Part shown: positions 14,346 to 27,553 of the stretch, in pieces | How positions within the stretch are numbered: position 1 is the stretch's first letter | Layout of the letters: each line of letters starts with the position of its first letter | From: Rhizodiscina lignyota | Lineage: Eukaryota | DNA length: 64,000 nt | Assembly (NCBI GenBank): GCA_010015805.1 | Contig: ML978124.1 | Coordinates: 434,001-498,000 of the forward strand | Direction: 5' to 3' | Notes under the pieces: model-generated | Told to the model about the DNA's origin: nothing | Seen by the model: only the letters and a program-made list of their open reading frames with translations | The model's database searches: none | Translations under genes and position numbers: made by a program

Positions 14346-16650
14346 TCAAAACATGCCACTTCCATCCGTGCCCACACCCACGCCCATTCCGTCCATCTGA
14401 CCAAGGCCACCAAGACCTGCGCCCGCAACGTTTACTCCGTTTACATCTCCGAGTCCGACGTTCAGGCCTGCGAGGTTCGGCATGTTGAGTTTGAGGTCGG
14501 GGTTGCAAGGGGGTGAGTGCTGGCGATGGTACTTGAGACCGTTCAAGTTCTTGTAGCGCTTGCCGCAGACTTCACATCTGTACGGCTTCTCCTTCTCCAT
14601 GCCCACGGTGCCAGGGTAGGGGATCGAGGTGAGGGGATCGACGATGGAGTAGGTGCCGTCGGGGTTCGAGCGGAGCTGTTGGTTTTGATGTCCGTGCTAG
14701 AGAAGACGTCACTTCCAATGTCCCAAAGGGATTATATCTAGGCAGGGGAAAAGGGATCTAAGCAGAACGAGTGTACTAACCTGTTTGTGATACTTCAGTC
14801 CATTCTGGTTCTTGTACGCCTTCTCACACCCAATGACCGGACATCTGAACGGTTTGTTCTCGGCATCGATTCCCGTGCCCGTAACGCCAGCGCCCAATCT
14901 ACCAGCCAGCTGCTGTTGCACCGCACGCGCCAGATCGGTATCGTTACCCAGCTGACCAGTGCGCAGCGCATACTGCAACTGCTGCTGCGTCAGACCACCG
15001 CCTTGCTTGCTGTACAGGCGCTTGGCGGGCTCGTCGATTGTAAGGCCGGACATGTCGTTTTGCAGACCCCCGCCAAAGTTGGCCGTGTTGCCCGCAAAGC
15101 CACCGTTGTTTCCCAGCGCGGCCCAGTCGAAGTTCGGGTTGTTCATCTGCATCTGCATCATCATGTCTGGCCCCATGGGAAGGCCGTGGAAATCCAAGTT
15201 GCCCATGTCGAACTCGGCGTGGGGCGTGCCGGGTATGCTGGAATCAGGAGACTTCTGAGATTGTGTCGCGGTTGCAGAGATGGGAGTGTTGAAGGCTGGG
15301 GTATTCACGGAAGAGACGGTTGGATTGTTGGGGAAGTTGAAGTTGGTGCCTGCAGGTGTGGTTGGTGTGGAAGACCGAAGGCCTTGGTGAGATTGCATGG
15401 TATTGGCGAGGTTCATGTTTAGAGGTGGTACTTGTGGAGTCGTCTGCTGGCCAAAGTTTTGCTGTTGCTGCTGCTGGAAGCCAAAGTTGGACTGCATTGG
15501 GGTTGGAGGTGCAGCGGTGTCATCCATTTCCATATCATCGAGGGTATCAACATCTTGCACAGGCGGGACAGGAGCAGGCTGTTGCTGTGGTTGAGTTTGC
15601 TGATTCGGTCTCTGCTGCTGTCCCGTCACGAGGGTTTGCGCGCTCTGAGCTCCTGCTCCGGGTGCCATAGCGCCAGTTGGTCTTCCACTTGGAATCTGCT
15701 GACTCGATGGCATCTGCAGACTTGATTGCATTTGCATCGGTCTCTGAAGTATCTGGTTCGACGGCTGTGCATGGTTCTCTTCGTAGTGCTGTAGAAGTTC
15801 GTGTAGCGAGTCCAGTGTGATGCCGCAGCAGGTGTAGTCTCGAAGGAAGTTCGCCTCCATCTTCGGCAAGTAGGAAGACGAGTGGAAAGACGGCGATTGG
15901 TGGAAGGCATAGGGTGACGTCCCAGTCATGAGTATGCTATACAACGTTAGTTAACGTCTGCTATCAAGCGCGAGGCGTTTGCTTCATGCAGAGTAATGCT
16001 TACTCGTCTCGAACCCAACTCCCAACAGACACGCCTCCCCAGCTCATGCCATTCGCAAAGCTCCCCGCAGCGCTCTCGCGCCGGGGCCGCTCCACGCGAC
16101 CTGGAATCTGTCGCGCTCCTGATCCATAGTAGGACGATGGAAGGCCGTTGGAGATGGAATCTTGGCGGCCCGTCACACTGAGCCTGCCGTCATTGCCGTT
16201 GCGCGCGCCAATGTTTATGGCGGACGACTGGTTTCCCGTCGCACCGGCCTCTTGCAGCGCGAAAGTGAGATTCGATGTCTGGTTGCGCGGGGACTGGGAG
16301 TTGAATCGCGGCGGTGTGGCGATGTCGAGGGGCGCCGCGGCAGTGTCCATGTCATCGGCCGCGCGCAGCGGGGGAGAGTCTGGGAAGAGGGGGAAGCTGG
16401 TGTCCCCGGAGTCCTCGAAGAGAATGTCGGAGTCGAGGAAGGCGCTGTTCGCCTCGATCTCGACGGGCTTCTTGTGCCACGAGAAGTAGAGGTCCTTGCC
16501 TTTTCGCGGCCGCCCAGCGGCTCCAAAGTGCGAGGCGACTGGGCAGACGGGAGTGGTGACGGGAGTGCTGTCCGCGGTCGATTCTCTGCCACGATCGCTG
16601 GTTGAAGGCGAGTGGACAAGAGGCGGCGGTGTGTCTTTCAGGTCCCGCAT
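14346..16650 (-). CDS. SFP1: Split C2H2 zinc-finger transcription factor Sfp1
   Basis: RRESAAGS...[32 protein letters not shown]...[36 protein letters not shown] and [23 protein letters not shown] are Sfp1 signatures. Two introns. Confidence 0.95.
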
Positions 16651-18274
16651 GCGATCGTAGGAGGTCGTCGATCTGGCGCAGCTCCGGAGTTATAGCCGCG
16701 GAAGTGGGTGGAGTGGCGTCGGGGCGTCAATTGCAGAGGCTCGAGGGCAGAGGGGATGCGACTCGAGGGGATTCGCAGGTGGGCAGCGATGCAGGTGGTG
16801 GTGTTTGATGGAGGTTAGAAGTGAAGCCGGCTGGGAGCGTGTAATGTTGTCGTCGAGCAGCGTGCATGGCATGGCGTGTGCCGGGTGGGTACAGGGACTG
16901 GGGCTCTAGTGGGCGGTGACGGCAGCACACACGAACGAAATCGTCCCAAGAGCAGGCGCTCCGATCACATCACACTCAGAACAGCGCGCGCATCAGCATG
17001 GAAGCAGGCGAGCGAGAGCGAGAGTGCAGAGACCCTGAGCGCCACCAAATCATTCCGGATGCTGTTGCCAGATTCCGCATCGAAACTAGGGCGCCACGCG
17101 ACGCTGCTCGCTCGCGCTGAGGGCACTGTTCAAGAGCCAGCCATGTCTCCGAGACACTGCGCACCTCGAGTAATCGCGCGCAGTGCCGCCTCAGTGCCTG
17201 TGCCGCACGTTGCTTTTGGGAGAGACGCACTGGGCCGCTGCTCATCTCGCAGCGAGATGGCTTCCATGCTGTCTGCCTATAAGACTATATAGAGGCACAC
17301 CGGCAGCGCTCTCTCGCCTCGCTTGCACTGCGCTCGCCGTCACATCTGCGCGCCTTGACTCCGACGGGCCGGCGAGATCCACGCGAAGGCTTCTAGAAAA
17401 CGCATAGCTGAAACGCCTTATCGATTGCTTCCACGTGGGAGCCGTTTCCAAACAGCTGCTCGCCTCCAGCGCGCTCTCGAAGCTGCGCGTTCGACTCCGT
17501 TTTAATTCATGCTGAATAGCAATCGGGGCAATGCTCCACAATACAAGCACTCGCTCGCAGCGCTCAGCGACGAGTCAACTTCCCAGCTTGGCAGAGTAGC
17601 GAGGAATGGCGAGGCGATCGCCGGCTAAGGAGAGCAACCCTGGAAATAGCTCGGAAAAGGAAAGCAAGCCGGGCTCACGGGCCGAGACTCATTTCGAGCG
17701 TAGAGCGGATGTCGCCTGGCGCCAGTGCGGAACGCTTTTACGTTAAAGCTCCGCGAGATTAGTTGTTAAATGACACGCCGTTTATGCCACTGAATTCCAT
17801 AAGCATGACAGGCCGCCTCCAGCGCATCCTGGAGATCGAACTGCCCTACAGCCGCATACTGCACCTAACGAAGCCCTCCTCCGACTGCCGTGACGGGCCG
17901 ACTGGAATGCTTGCCAATTGCGTTCCTTTTGTCGAGTGGGCTAATAGAACAGCCCGATACACACAATTGATGCGACTGACGGCATAATGAAGTCACAGGA
18001 TAACCAGGAATGGGTGACGCTTGATAGGTGAGATTGGCTACCCGAGAAGCCGAGGTATGGCGAGAACGCGATGCTCTACAGCTGTACAGGGGTAAGCTCG
18101 AACACAGCGTCCACGCAATAAAATGGAGCCTGGACCGCTTGCCACTGGAGTGATATTTTGGGACAAGGTCCAGACAATTGAGAAAGAAAGAGAAAGAACG
18201 GGAAAAGAGGGGGTCGTGAGAGCTTGTTGAGAGGCTCTATTTTGCTTGACTATTTTCAATATTTCTCCACTATA

Positions 18275-20465
18275 TCACTCAAACAAATGGTCCAAAGGCT
18301 GCCCAATCACGTCACATTGTTTGGCGTCAGGGAACGGCTTCATCACTGAGTTCCACTGCAGCTCCAACATCTCCGGATTACTGGCATCGACCGGCTTCCA
18401 AGGCCCAGAGAAGGAAATCTGATTCAGGGTATTCCAATAGCCTCTCACTCTCAGGTACTCCGGATCCGGATTGGGATTGAGGTTTCTCCCAAACGCCGTC
18501 CAGTAGTCGAGGCACAGCTGTGAGAACGGCATGTCGTTCTCATCACGCGCCGGGAAGCCACCACGGGCAACATTGCCGAAGGTGTTGGCCAGATCGCCAG
18601 CATGGCACTTGTAGTACTCTAGTGACGGGTCGCCGAATGGATGTGAAGGCGTGACTGGAGGGAGGCAAACGCCATTCATATTATACCCTGGATCTTGATA
18701 TGTGCGGTTGAACTCGAAGTACCATATATCCGGCAAGACGCCGAACTTGACGCCGGCATATGCCGTGTATTGGCTTGAACAGTGGAAAGAGTTGTCCGTG
18801 TAGATGCGCGTCGTAGTGTTGAACACTCGCAGAGTCATGTTGGATCCCATTCCTAAGGGGAAGGCGCCAGAAGATATGATTGCATTGGCGCTGAGCTTGA
18901 GCGATGCTGCCATGTCGTCAATTCCAGTGGTGAGATTTGTTGTGTGGAAGAATGGTGCAAGGACTCCTCCTTCGTCACGATTGACGCCAAGCATCACTGG
19001 AACGGAGTTGGTGTCGGTTCCCTTGGCGCTGGCGTTTAGATTTAAGTAAGAACTTCTCAAATACTTTCCGTCAATAACTGGATTGCTATTGTCAATGTTA
19101 GAGAGCTACTGATTTACCAGACATACTGGCCACACTGGTAGACTCACTTGGATATCGTCTTCAAGCCGGAGATGAGTGCAGTTGCATTGTACCCCTGCAA
19201 GCACGCCAGCTGGTCCTTGGCAGAGTCACACCCTGTCTCTTGAAGAATTGGGATAGTAGACTGATTGACTGATTGCGAAATGGGAAGATATGGCTCGAGG
19301 TAGAGGCTCTGAATGATGGCTCCGTGGAAGAGGCCTTTGGCTTCCGGGGACGCTATGAGTGCTGCCACACTCACGGCACCGGCTGATTCTCCATAAATCG
19401 TCACGCGATTAGGGTCTCCCCCAAAGCGAGAAATATATTTCTGCACCCATTGCAAACCGGCAATGCAATCGGAGAGCCAGTAATTGCCGTTATGGACGCC
19501 ATCCTCGAAAGCCAGGAAGCCAAGGGTGCCGAGTCGGTAGGCAAGGTCGACCATCACGACATCTCCACGAGCCGCAGTATTACCGCCGTCGTTGGTAGGG
19601 TTGCTTGCTGAGCCTGTAGTGAAGCCCCCGCCGTAGATGTAGACCATCACAGGCTTTAGCTGTTGCTTCACCGGACTCCTCTCGCTTGGAAGGTGCGTCG
19701 TATACAAATTTAGGAACAAGCAGTCCGTGCTTCCATTGTTCGGTGGCTGCAGACACTCTGGCGCAGGATTGAGGGCAGAGTTTGTCCCAGTACCGTCGTA
19801 CAGCTTGGAATACGTAAATCTTTCTGGCTCCTTTGCAAATCGCACGCCCATGAATCGGAACGTCAGAAAATCTCGGTATCCAATTAGAGTTTGCTGACCA
19901 ACAGGTTGCGCAACCTGGAATCGAGCAGAAGTATCGGCAAAGGTGCTATTCGATGCAGGGGCGCTCTGAGTGCAAAGAGCGGGGAGACTTTCGTGGCAGG
20001 AGACACGGTGTACTTTCCCAGTGGCATCAATAGCTTCGCATAGTGCTTCGTAATGGTGTACCGCAGGCTGGCTTTCCGAATCAATCCAGAACAGCTGGTT
20101 GCTTGATACCCGGCCACTGTAAACTTCGTATGCCAAAGAGTAGTTCAACCCAGCACGAAAGTCTTGTCGCTTCGGTGACCATAAGTTCTCGCCCAGAGCT
20201 CCGCAAGCTTCGTATGCTGATGATAATTTGCTCTTTGCGCTCACAAGCACAGCAGCACTTGTCTTAGTGGTATCATTTGCTGCATTTGTCAGTATATTCT
20301 TGGCAGAGCCATAAAGAATTTGTTGAAATACGGACTGATCAAATCATCGGCAGCCAGGATGCTTATGTCGCCATAGCGGTCCGTTATAGGGCTGGGGCCT
20401 CCAAACGCAGTTGATGCAAGTGAAAATAAAATAAAATTCGCGAGCATTGCAGTTTGACGTGTCAT
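18275..20465 (-). CDS. Secreted type-B carboxylesterase (cholinesterase-like)
   Basis: Signal peptide (MLANFILFSLASTAFG), DCLFLNLYT, PVMVYIYGGGF, YRLGTLGF, FGGDPNRVTIYGESAG, NRDEG, CHAGDL. Two introns. Start is 20465 or 20447. Confidence 0.92.
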
Positions 20466-22493
20466 TGCGGCCTGGGGTCGCTGAAGCTGCAGGAACAATT
20501 CGACCAGCGCAAGGACTCGACATCTCACTATCCATGGTGAACGGCATCCTTATAAGGTAACCTCTGTGTCTTTTCCGTGCAATGTTGTCTGCTCCGCATC
20601 AGTTGAAGTTGGCTGATATTCACCGCCAAACACGGAAATGGCTGTCCTGCCTTTTGGCTAAATTCTCCTTTGGTGGACCGCACGTTCTTCGCAGTCCAAC
20701 TTTTCCATCGCCTGGTATCCCCCTCTTTCTAGAATTGAAGCGCGTGAGAACATCTGCTGAGCTGTACCATCATCCAGTCCGGCGGGGCTGGCATACGTTT
20801 TGGCTAAATCCTATTGCGGAGTAAAGGGCATCGGAAATAAAATTCCTAAAAAATTGGATTGGGAGATCATCAGCACCATCTTCGACCTTGATCCGCAATG
20901 TCGGTTCAAGGCTGGATCCATTCCATGCTTGGAGTGGGAGCATCTTCCTGAGCTGAAGGCCAAGCTCGTTCTTTGGCGATGGACGAACATCCTTCGATCT
21001 CCAGCGGCTTAAAAGGCTAATAAGCAAGGTACTAAAGGGCAATAAGCTTGGTCTCCACCTTCTGCCAGAGAAAGCATCCTTGAACTTGTGCCTGAGATTC
21101 CTGAATGCTGCATGCTGCATGGCATTGCGCTAGCGGAGAGATTGCCGACACTCGAGGGTAAAATAGTTTGGCTGTCGGGCGAGCTGTAAGGGCAAAGATC
21201 GAGCATGCACTTCAACGTCAGTGAGATTGGCTCTGAAAGCTTACTTCTACGTTATTTGGAGTGCATGTAATAATAGCAGTATCATGAGAAACTTGCGCAC
21301 TGTACGAAGGTATCAGGACTATACAACAGCTGTTTCGTATGTACAAATCTGCAGCCAGCTTTTTTTTGTCACCCTTGAGGTTGAGCACGAGCGACGTTGA
21401 CCGTCACGGACCGACGACTGTCCCCGACGGCTTGGCATCGTCTTGTCGTCTCAACTTCATGTCTACTGCATTTCACGACAGATCCGCTTTTAAATCAATA
21501 CACATCTGTTGTTGATGTTATCAAGTGTATATCCAGTAGTATTTCAACCTCGTATTCGATTGACTATGTCTTTGGACTTGTACGATGGCAGAAATCCTCT
21601 TTTTGATCACAGTTCCTCAACGCGCCATGTGCGCTTCTTCCTTCACTTCTCTTTCCTTAAGGCTGATCGACTCTTGACAAGTCGTACTATAATCGTACTA
21701 ATATCAAGTAAACACTTCAACCGTTGCTGTTGATTCCGATCTCGGATCTGTTGGCGGCGTTGCGGTGATTCTAATCGGAGGCGTTCACCGTGCAACACCT
21801 CCATCAATCCGGCAAACTTTAAAAATGGCCGAAGATTCCCCTTTTCCTTTATTCTCACGTGCTTATTACACGCTCTTCTTCGTTTGGCTTTTCTCGTACG
21901 ACTTTTCTCTGACGCGGAGGTGCATGACACGTGTTGCTCATTTCAAGAGTGCTCATCTTCCTCCGCGTACCTTCTATTCTAGGCAGACACTTCATCCAAC
22001 ACGCGGAAGAGCTCGGCAACTGGCGGATTTCTGGCGCTGCAGCCTGCAGAGCTAATTGCACCCCGCTGCTCATTTCCACAACACCTACTCTCTTGTGCAT
22101 TCCTTCCCTATTAGCCGAACTGTTCATTAAACGCGCCAAGAAGATCGGCAACTTCCAACGCTCGAACAACAACACTCACATACGCGCCTTGGAACAACAT
22201 CTTTCGGTTTCTCAACTCCCAAGTTCCTCATCTTGCTTGCACTTCTCGGTTGGTTGATCCTTCTATTGGATTCGTCAACTGGTAAGCCATTGCAAGATCT
22301 CAAAGCTGCTCAACAAGTCTTCACTCACAGCTTCGATCTCTCCACTGAGAGCACAGCTGACGCGTGATTTTGGCTTGACTTCAGCAAAACAGTACTGTTC
22401 CAATCCTGTCAACCAGCGTGTGGCATTCTCCAAGAAGCATTTGATACTCGTTACGGTGTCCTTGCTCACATTGCTTTTCTTGGAATCGACAAG

Positions 22494-25400
22494 ATGGTGG
22501 ACTCCAAGTCCGATCCGCCTGATAGGCGCGCATCAAAGTCACAAATCCCGAAAAGATCCATCCCGCATCATCTGTCAATCACCGCAGCCAAGAGCAAGCG
22601 ATTTGTCCAGTCTGCTAGAGGCCGTCTGCAAAATCAGCGTGCTAGCGACTCTGAGATTTCACCTCAAGTTCCTAACCGCCCGAGCCAAGTTGACCTCATG
22701 AGGCCAAGCTCTGTAAGAAATTATGTCAAGGCTCTTGGGACACTCCTAACAAACACTTAGGACAACGTCTCACGGATCCCCAAGGCTGCTAATCTACACA
22801 AACCGCTGCCAAGCCGTCCGGTGCTTCAATACCAGCGTCAGAGCATCCATACCGAAGGCCGCACTCTCCTTGATGCCATCGATCATCGTGCCGCAGGACT
22901 GGCATTCCCGACGCTGTTACCGTCTGGCCCGTCTGGCCCACCTCCTGACCGGCCACTTCCTCCTCTGCCAAACAACCCTGCCCACTCCACAGAGGCACCG
23001 ACAAAGGTAGAGAAAGACAAGGGCCCCAAATCGAGCTCTCGGGCCAGCGACCGTGTGCCCAAGCCTTCGATGTTCTTATCCACGCTGCCAATGATTCCAC
23101 AGCCTACGAAAGTATCATCCAGCAAGCATACTCTCGTGGACAACAACTCCAAGGCGAAAGAAGTGTCTAGTCAGAAGGCGAAAGAGGTCTCTGATCCGAA
23201 GGCAAAGGCTCGAGAGGTAAAGGGTTCGGTGAATGTTGAAGAGCAATGTGGCGTACAATTCACGAACGGAGGCCGATGTACAAGGAATTTGCTATGTCAG
23301 ATCCACACTAAGGAAGCAAAGCGAGCAGTACCGGGCCGCAGTGTCTCATTTGACATTCTACTGGCAAGGTATCTGGCGAGGAATGCTCATGAAGACTTTC
23401 GCAGCACTATGGCTCGCTCAGTAAGTGACAAAGATCAAAATATTCCCGCAGTGCTACTTGTTACGCCACTATCAGGACACATCATCGGATGGAGGGTCTT
23501 CCTGGTTGGAAGCTGAGCGGAGTCGTGCTACAATCAACTATGATTCCACTGAACCCCGCTCTGTAAGTCTCAATGACCCAAACCTACAATGCTCTGTGTG
23601 ACGTACACTTTAGAATGTGGAGACAAATATCCGCCCTCCCGCTATCTCTGCAGAGCGTAGCCGTCTGCCGAGACGTATGTTTCGCACGCGACGCAGACTC
23701 CCCGCAGGTGAGCAAGGGAGCCCGTCGGAGAAGAAGAACCTTGGTAATTCGCGTGCCGTGATGACCAACGCAACTCGCCATGAGGAGGCTCCAAAAGACC
23801 CATCTCATGCTGAGGGCTCTACTACGGCGGAGCAGTCGGCCACACCATCGCTTCCGAACTCGCCACATGGCTCCTCTGAGAATCTTGCAGCTGACTACCA
23901 AGACGAGATACGTGACGACCTTAGCCTTATGCTTGAGGAAAACCCAGCTGCAGGTAGGCTTTGCTCCCTTGACTTGTCCACAATTGTATTCCCAACCCGA
24001 TGTCGCAAACAATCTGCGATATATTCCCTTGGAACCTATCTGTTGGCCCCATCTCAACAATGATATGCGTGACCCCACTCGCTGTGATTATATTGCACTG
24101 TATGCCAAAACAGCTAATGTGCTTTCACTTGCAGGTCAAGATACCGAGAATCATACCGGGCAGGCCCAGAACGTAGTGATTCAGGCACAATCCAACGCTG
24201 TGGTGCCTGAGCATGCACCTGAACCTGTACTTCCGCCATTGAGGCCTCCTCCAACCTATCCCTTTGCTCGCAAGGAGAAGGTCCATAGGCCTCCTCCCAT
24301 TGGCTTCCCCAAGCTCGTTTCGTCACCACTGTCCAATTGTATCAACCCTAACGACCTTCCATCTCCTCCGCGTTCTTTCTCGCGTGTGGCACCAGGCAGC
24401 GCGTCGTTCGTTGCATCTGAGGATGTACCCTCGGTCGAGTCTGGCGAAGAGACTCTGCCATTGCCCAAGCAGATGCGGCCCTTCACCACCGATGGCAGCC
24501 CTGAACCAGTCCAAAGGAATGCCGTCGAGCCCAAGGACCCTCCGTTGAGGCGTCTCCCGCGGAGGCCGACGCTTGTTACCCCGACGCTTGATAGCGAGTT
24601 GGAACGCCAAAGGTCTCATAGAGGAATAATGGGTTCGATTCCCATGCCTCCAATTGCGAGAAGGGCTCTTCCTCTTTCCCCTCTTCCACGTGAGAAGTCG
24701 GTCGCCAACTTCACAGCTCGATTCGAACGCAGCAACACAGAACGTGCGTCTGCTGGTGAACCTGACATCGCAGAAGGCAAGGCAGTTATCGAGGCTGGCG
24801 GCGCAAAGGACGTCGCGGTCGTTGAGCCTGGCAACGCGAAGGATGATTCACTCGTTGAGACTAGTGACGTGAAGGACGATTCACTGGTTGAGCCTGGCAA
24901 GGCAAAGGACTCTGTGGTGCCTGAGCCGAACATTTCGACAGACAAAGCGATCACCGAGACTGGCAACGGAAAAGAAACAGAGGTTGCTGAACTTGGTGGC
25001 GTTAAAGACGTCGAGGCTGCGGTGGAGCGAGACTGGAACTCACCAAGGCGTCCATCTGTGAAGGACACAGAATTCTCCGGGCCAAAGCTTAAGGTTGCTG
25101 CAGAGGCCGACTCTTTCATTTTTGGTGAGGCAGGCACGCACCGCGCTAATTATGATCCAATCTCCCGGGGCAAAAGTTTTGTTCGGCGTATGAGTGGTAA
25201 CACTTCCTTCCCCCTCGCTCGCACCTCAACCTTCGAGGAACCCACCACCACACTTGATTTTCTGTCTATCCCTGGCAAGATCAAAAACAAGGAAGCGAGC
25301 AGTGGCAACGGTGTTGATCGTCTCGAATCCGCTCAGAACTTGGAGCCTGAGCCGCGCCTCTCACTCAACAGCTCCAACGCACTCGACACCAAAAAGGCTG

Positions 25401-26162
25401 CAAACAACAACGAAAGTCGCGAGAACACGACTTACAAGCAACCAACCGTGGAAGACGACGCCGAGTCGATCAATACCATGGATCACCCATCGATGGCCTC
25501 CCGAGCGTCAAATCACGCTCTTAATCGCGCGAATTCGGTTCCTGCTGGTCGCATCCAGCCAACTGAGAACACCATCCGACGCGGTGGCAGCCAGCGCCTT
25601 GACCTTACCACGCTTGTCCTCTGCCAGGAGGATGTCATCAGTGAGCACGAGAGAAGAATTTCTCGTCTGGAAGACGGCGTTGCTCAGGTGAGCGCCGCCA
25701 TGAGCACATTGAATGCTCGTGTGCCAGAGAACCTGGAGGAGGTAAGTTCTATAATGCTCATTCAATATCTCAAATATCCGACGCTAACAGCGACGCTTTC
25801 TACAGCAGCTCGCACGCCCTCACACGACATCCACAACTGCGGCAGTTGTGGGCTCCGTCCGTCGTCTGCTCAACCGCCGCTCACGGATCCCAGTTCCGTC
25901 GTCGCCGACGCCAAGCCAGCGTCGACACACGGCGGTGTCTGTGAGGGAGGACGGACTGACGGCGGAGGCTCGCCGCCTCGCAGATGCCATGGCGGCCGTG
26001 GCGCGTGGCACCACCGACCAGGCAAGAAGGGAGGAGCTGATGTCGGTGTGCTGGTTTGCCTGCGAGGCGGTGAGGCGCAGTTGTGAGGCGCGTGCGGCTC
26101 TGGAGTCGCTCAACAACACGTTGGAGGCGATGCTCTCCGACCCCAGGATCAATGGGGTCTAA
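22494..26162 (+). CDS. Large (~1089 aa) low-complexity protein containing an SCA7 (Sgf73/ataxin-7) zinc-binding domain
   Basis: Phase-consistent six-exon model: 22494-22712, 22761-23420, 23476-23562, 23614-23953, 24135-25741, 25806-26162, all introns GT-AG. VNVEEQCGVQFTNGGRCTRNLLCQIHTKEAKRAVPGRSVSFDILLARY matches the SCA7 pattern C-x-C-x-C-x-H...KRAVPGRS. Confidence 0.75.
24776..25020 (+). repeat. Coding 33-bp (11-aa) degenerate tandem repeat, ~7 units
   Basis: GKAVIEAGGAK / DVAVVEPGNAK / DDSLVETSDVK / DDSLVEPGKAK / DSVVPEPNIST / DKAITETGNGK / ETEVAELGGVK. Confidence 0.8.
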
Positions 26163-26659
26163 ATTGGTGTGTTTGTTCGTTTGGTCGGCGTTCCTGGGAT
26201 CGGTGAGCATAATCGCCAACGTGTTGTTGGGCAGGTATTGATGGAAGGAGCGATTGGTTTTGCTTTTTTTGCTTTGGCGTTGGCGTTGGCGTTTGTTTGT
26301 TTTGTTTTTTGTTTTTTTGATAACGAAATGACGACTGCTGCTGCTATGAATGTATCTGTGCCTTCCTGCAAGTGATGTAAAAGAGCCAGGTTCTCGTGGG
26401 CGTATAAGGCCTACAATGACGCCTCTGTCCCACGATAACGAGAAGCAAATCGTCTACGGTAGGCCTAGTAAGCTACTTCCTATCAATCTCGAATGTAAAC
26501 TTGCTAATATGCGGAGGCTTCTTAGAAGAGCTGAAGTAAACTGTAATACAGTTACTCTATAGACTGTTTCCTCGCGGGAAACTACCTCCTATCGAGAGTT
26601 AAAGTGCTTCTCTACTCTGTTCTCCACGCCGTCCTTCGTGAGCTCTGACAGCTGATTTG

Positions 26660-27553
26660 TGGCAGTAGTTCTACAAAGTTCGAACTATCTAACAGCCCCT
26701 TATTATAACTAGACCTATCCTCAACTCACGTGCTGGTGACGATTTCTCAATTCTACTGGCTAGTCTTAGGGGTGACAAACTCTTTGTCTCTTAAACTATT
26801 CGTAGCCTGTAATAATACATATATGGCAATAGTTCTATAAAGTTCTAACTATCTAATAGCTTCTTATCATAACCAAACCTATGCTCAACCCGCGTGCCAC
26901 TCATATCTTCCCAATTCCGCCGGCAAGTCTTGAGGATGACAAGCGCTTTGCCCCTTGAACTAATTCGAGGACTGCAACAACACTTCTATGGTAATAACTC
27001 TTTCATGTTCTAACTATCTAATGGCCTCTTATTATAACCAAACCTTTGCTGAACTCTCGTGCTCTTGGGGGTTTCCCAATTTCGCCGGCTAGTCCGGAGT
27101 GTGACAAGCGCTTCGTCTCTTGGCCTAAATTCGAAGTCTACAATAGTACTATACGAGAACCGCTCTTTAACATTCAAGCTCTTCAATTGGTCCTAGTAAT
27201 CCTCAAATCAATGCTCAACTCACAGTACTGCTGGCATTTCCCCAACTCCGATGGCCAGTCTTAAGGGTGTCAAGCCATTCGTCTTGTAAACTAATTGGAG
27301 TCTGTAATAGTACTATGCGGTGATAGATTATTATTGTTCTGGCTCTTCAATTGGCCCTAATAATACTCAAATAGATGCACAACTCGCACTACTGATGACC
27401 TTTTCTAAACCCCGTCGGCCAGTCATGAGGGTGTCAAGGGCTTTGTCCCTTCATCTAATTCGAAGTCTGTAACTGTACTATATGGCAATAGCTCTTTAAT
27501 GTTCTAGCTCTTCAATAGGCCCCAGTAATACTCAGATCGATGCTCAAGTCACG
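26660..27553. repeat. Diverged ~165-bp tandem array, five full units plus a partial sixth
   Basis: Units start at ~26660, 26824, 26989, 27154, 27318 and 27483 (periods 164-165). Recurring blocks include tggcaatag, atgctcaactc, ggc(c/t)agtc, gggtg(a/t)caa and taattcgaagtctg. Confidence 0.93.

Noticed and set aside
20770..21215. Short ORFs upstream of the carboxylesterase gene
   Set aside because: No recognisable domain or gene structure.
26660..27553. CRISPR-like repeat-spacer array
   Set aside because: Whole units are homologous along their length with no unique spacers; the context is eukaryotic and there are no cas genes.
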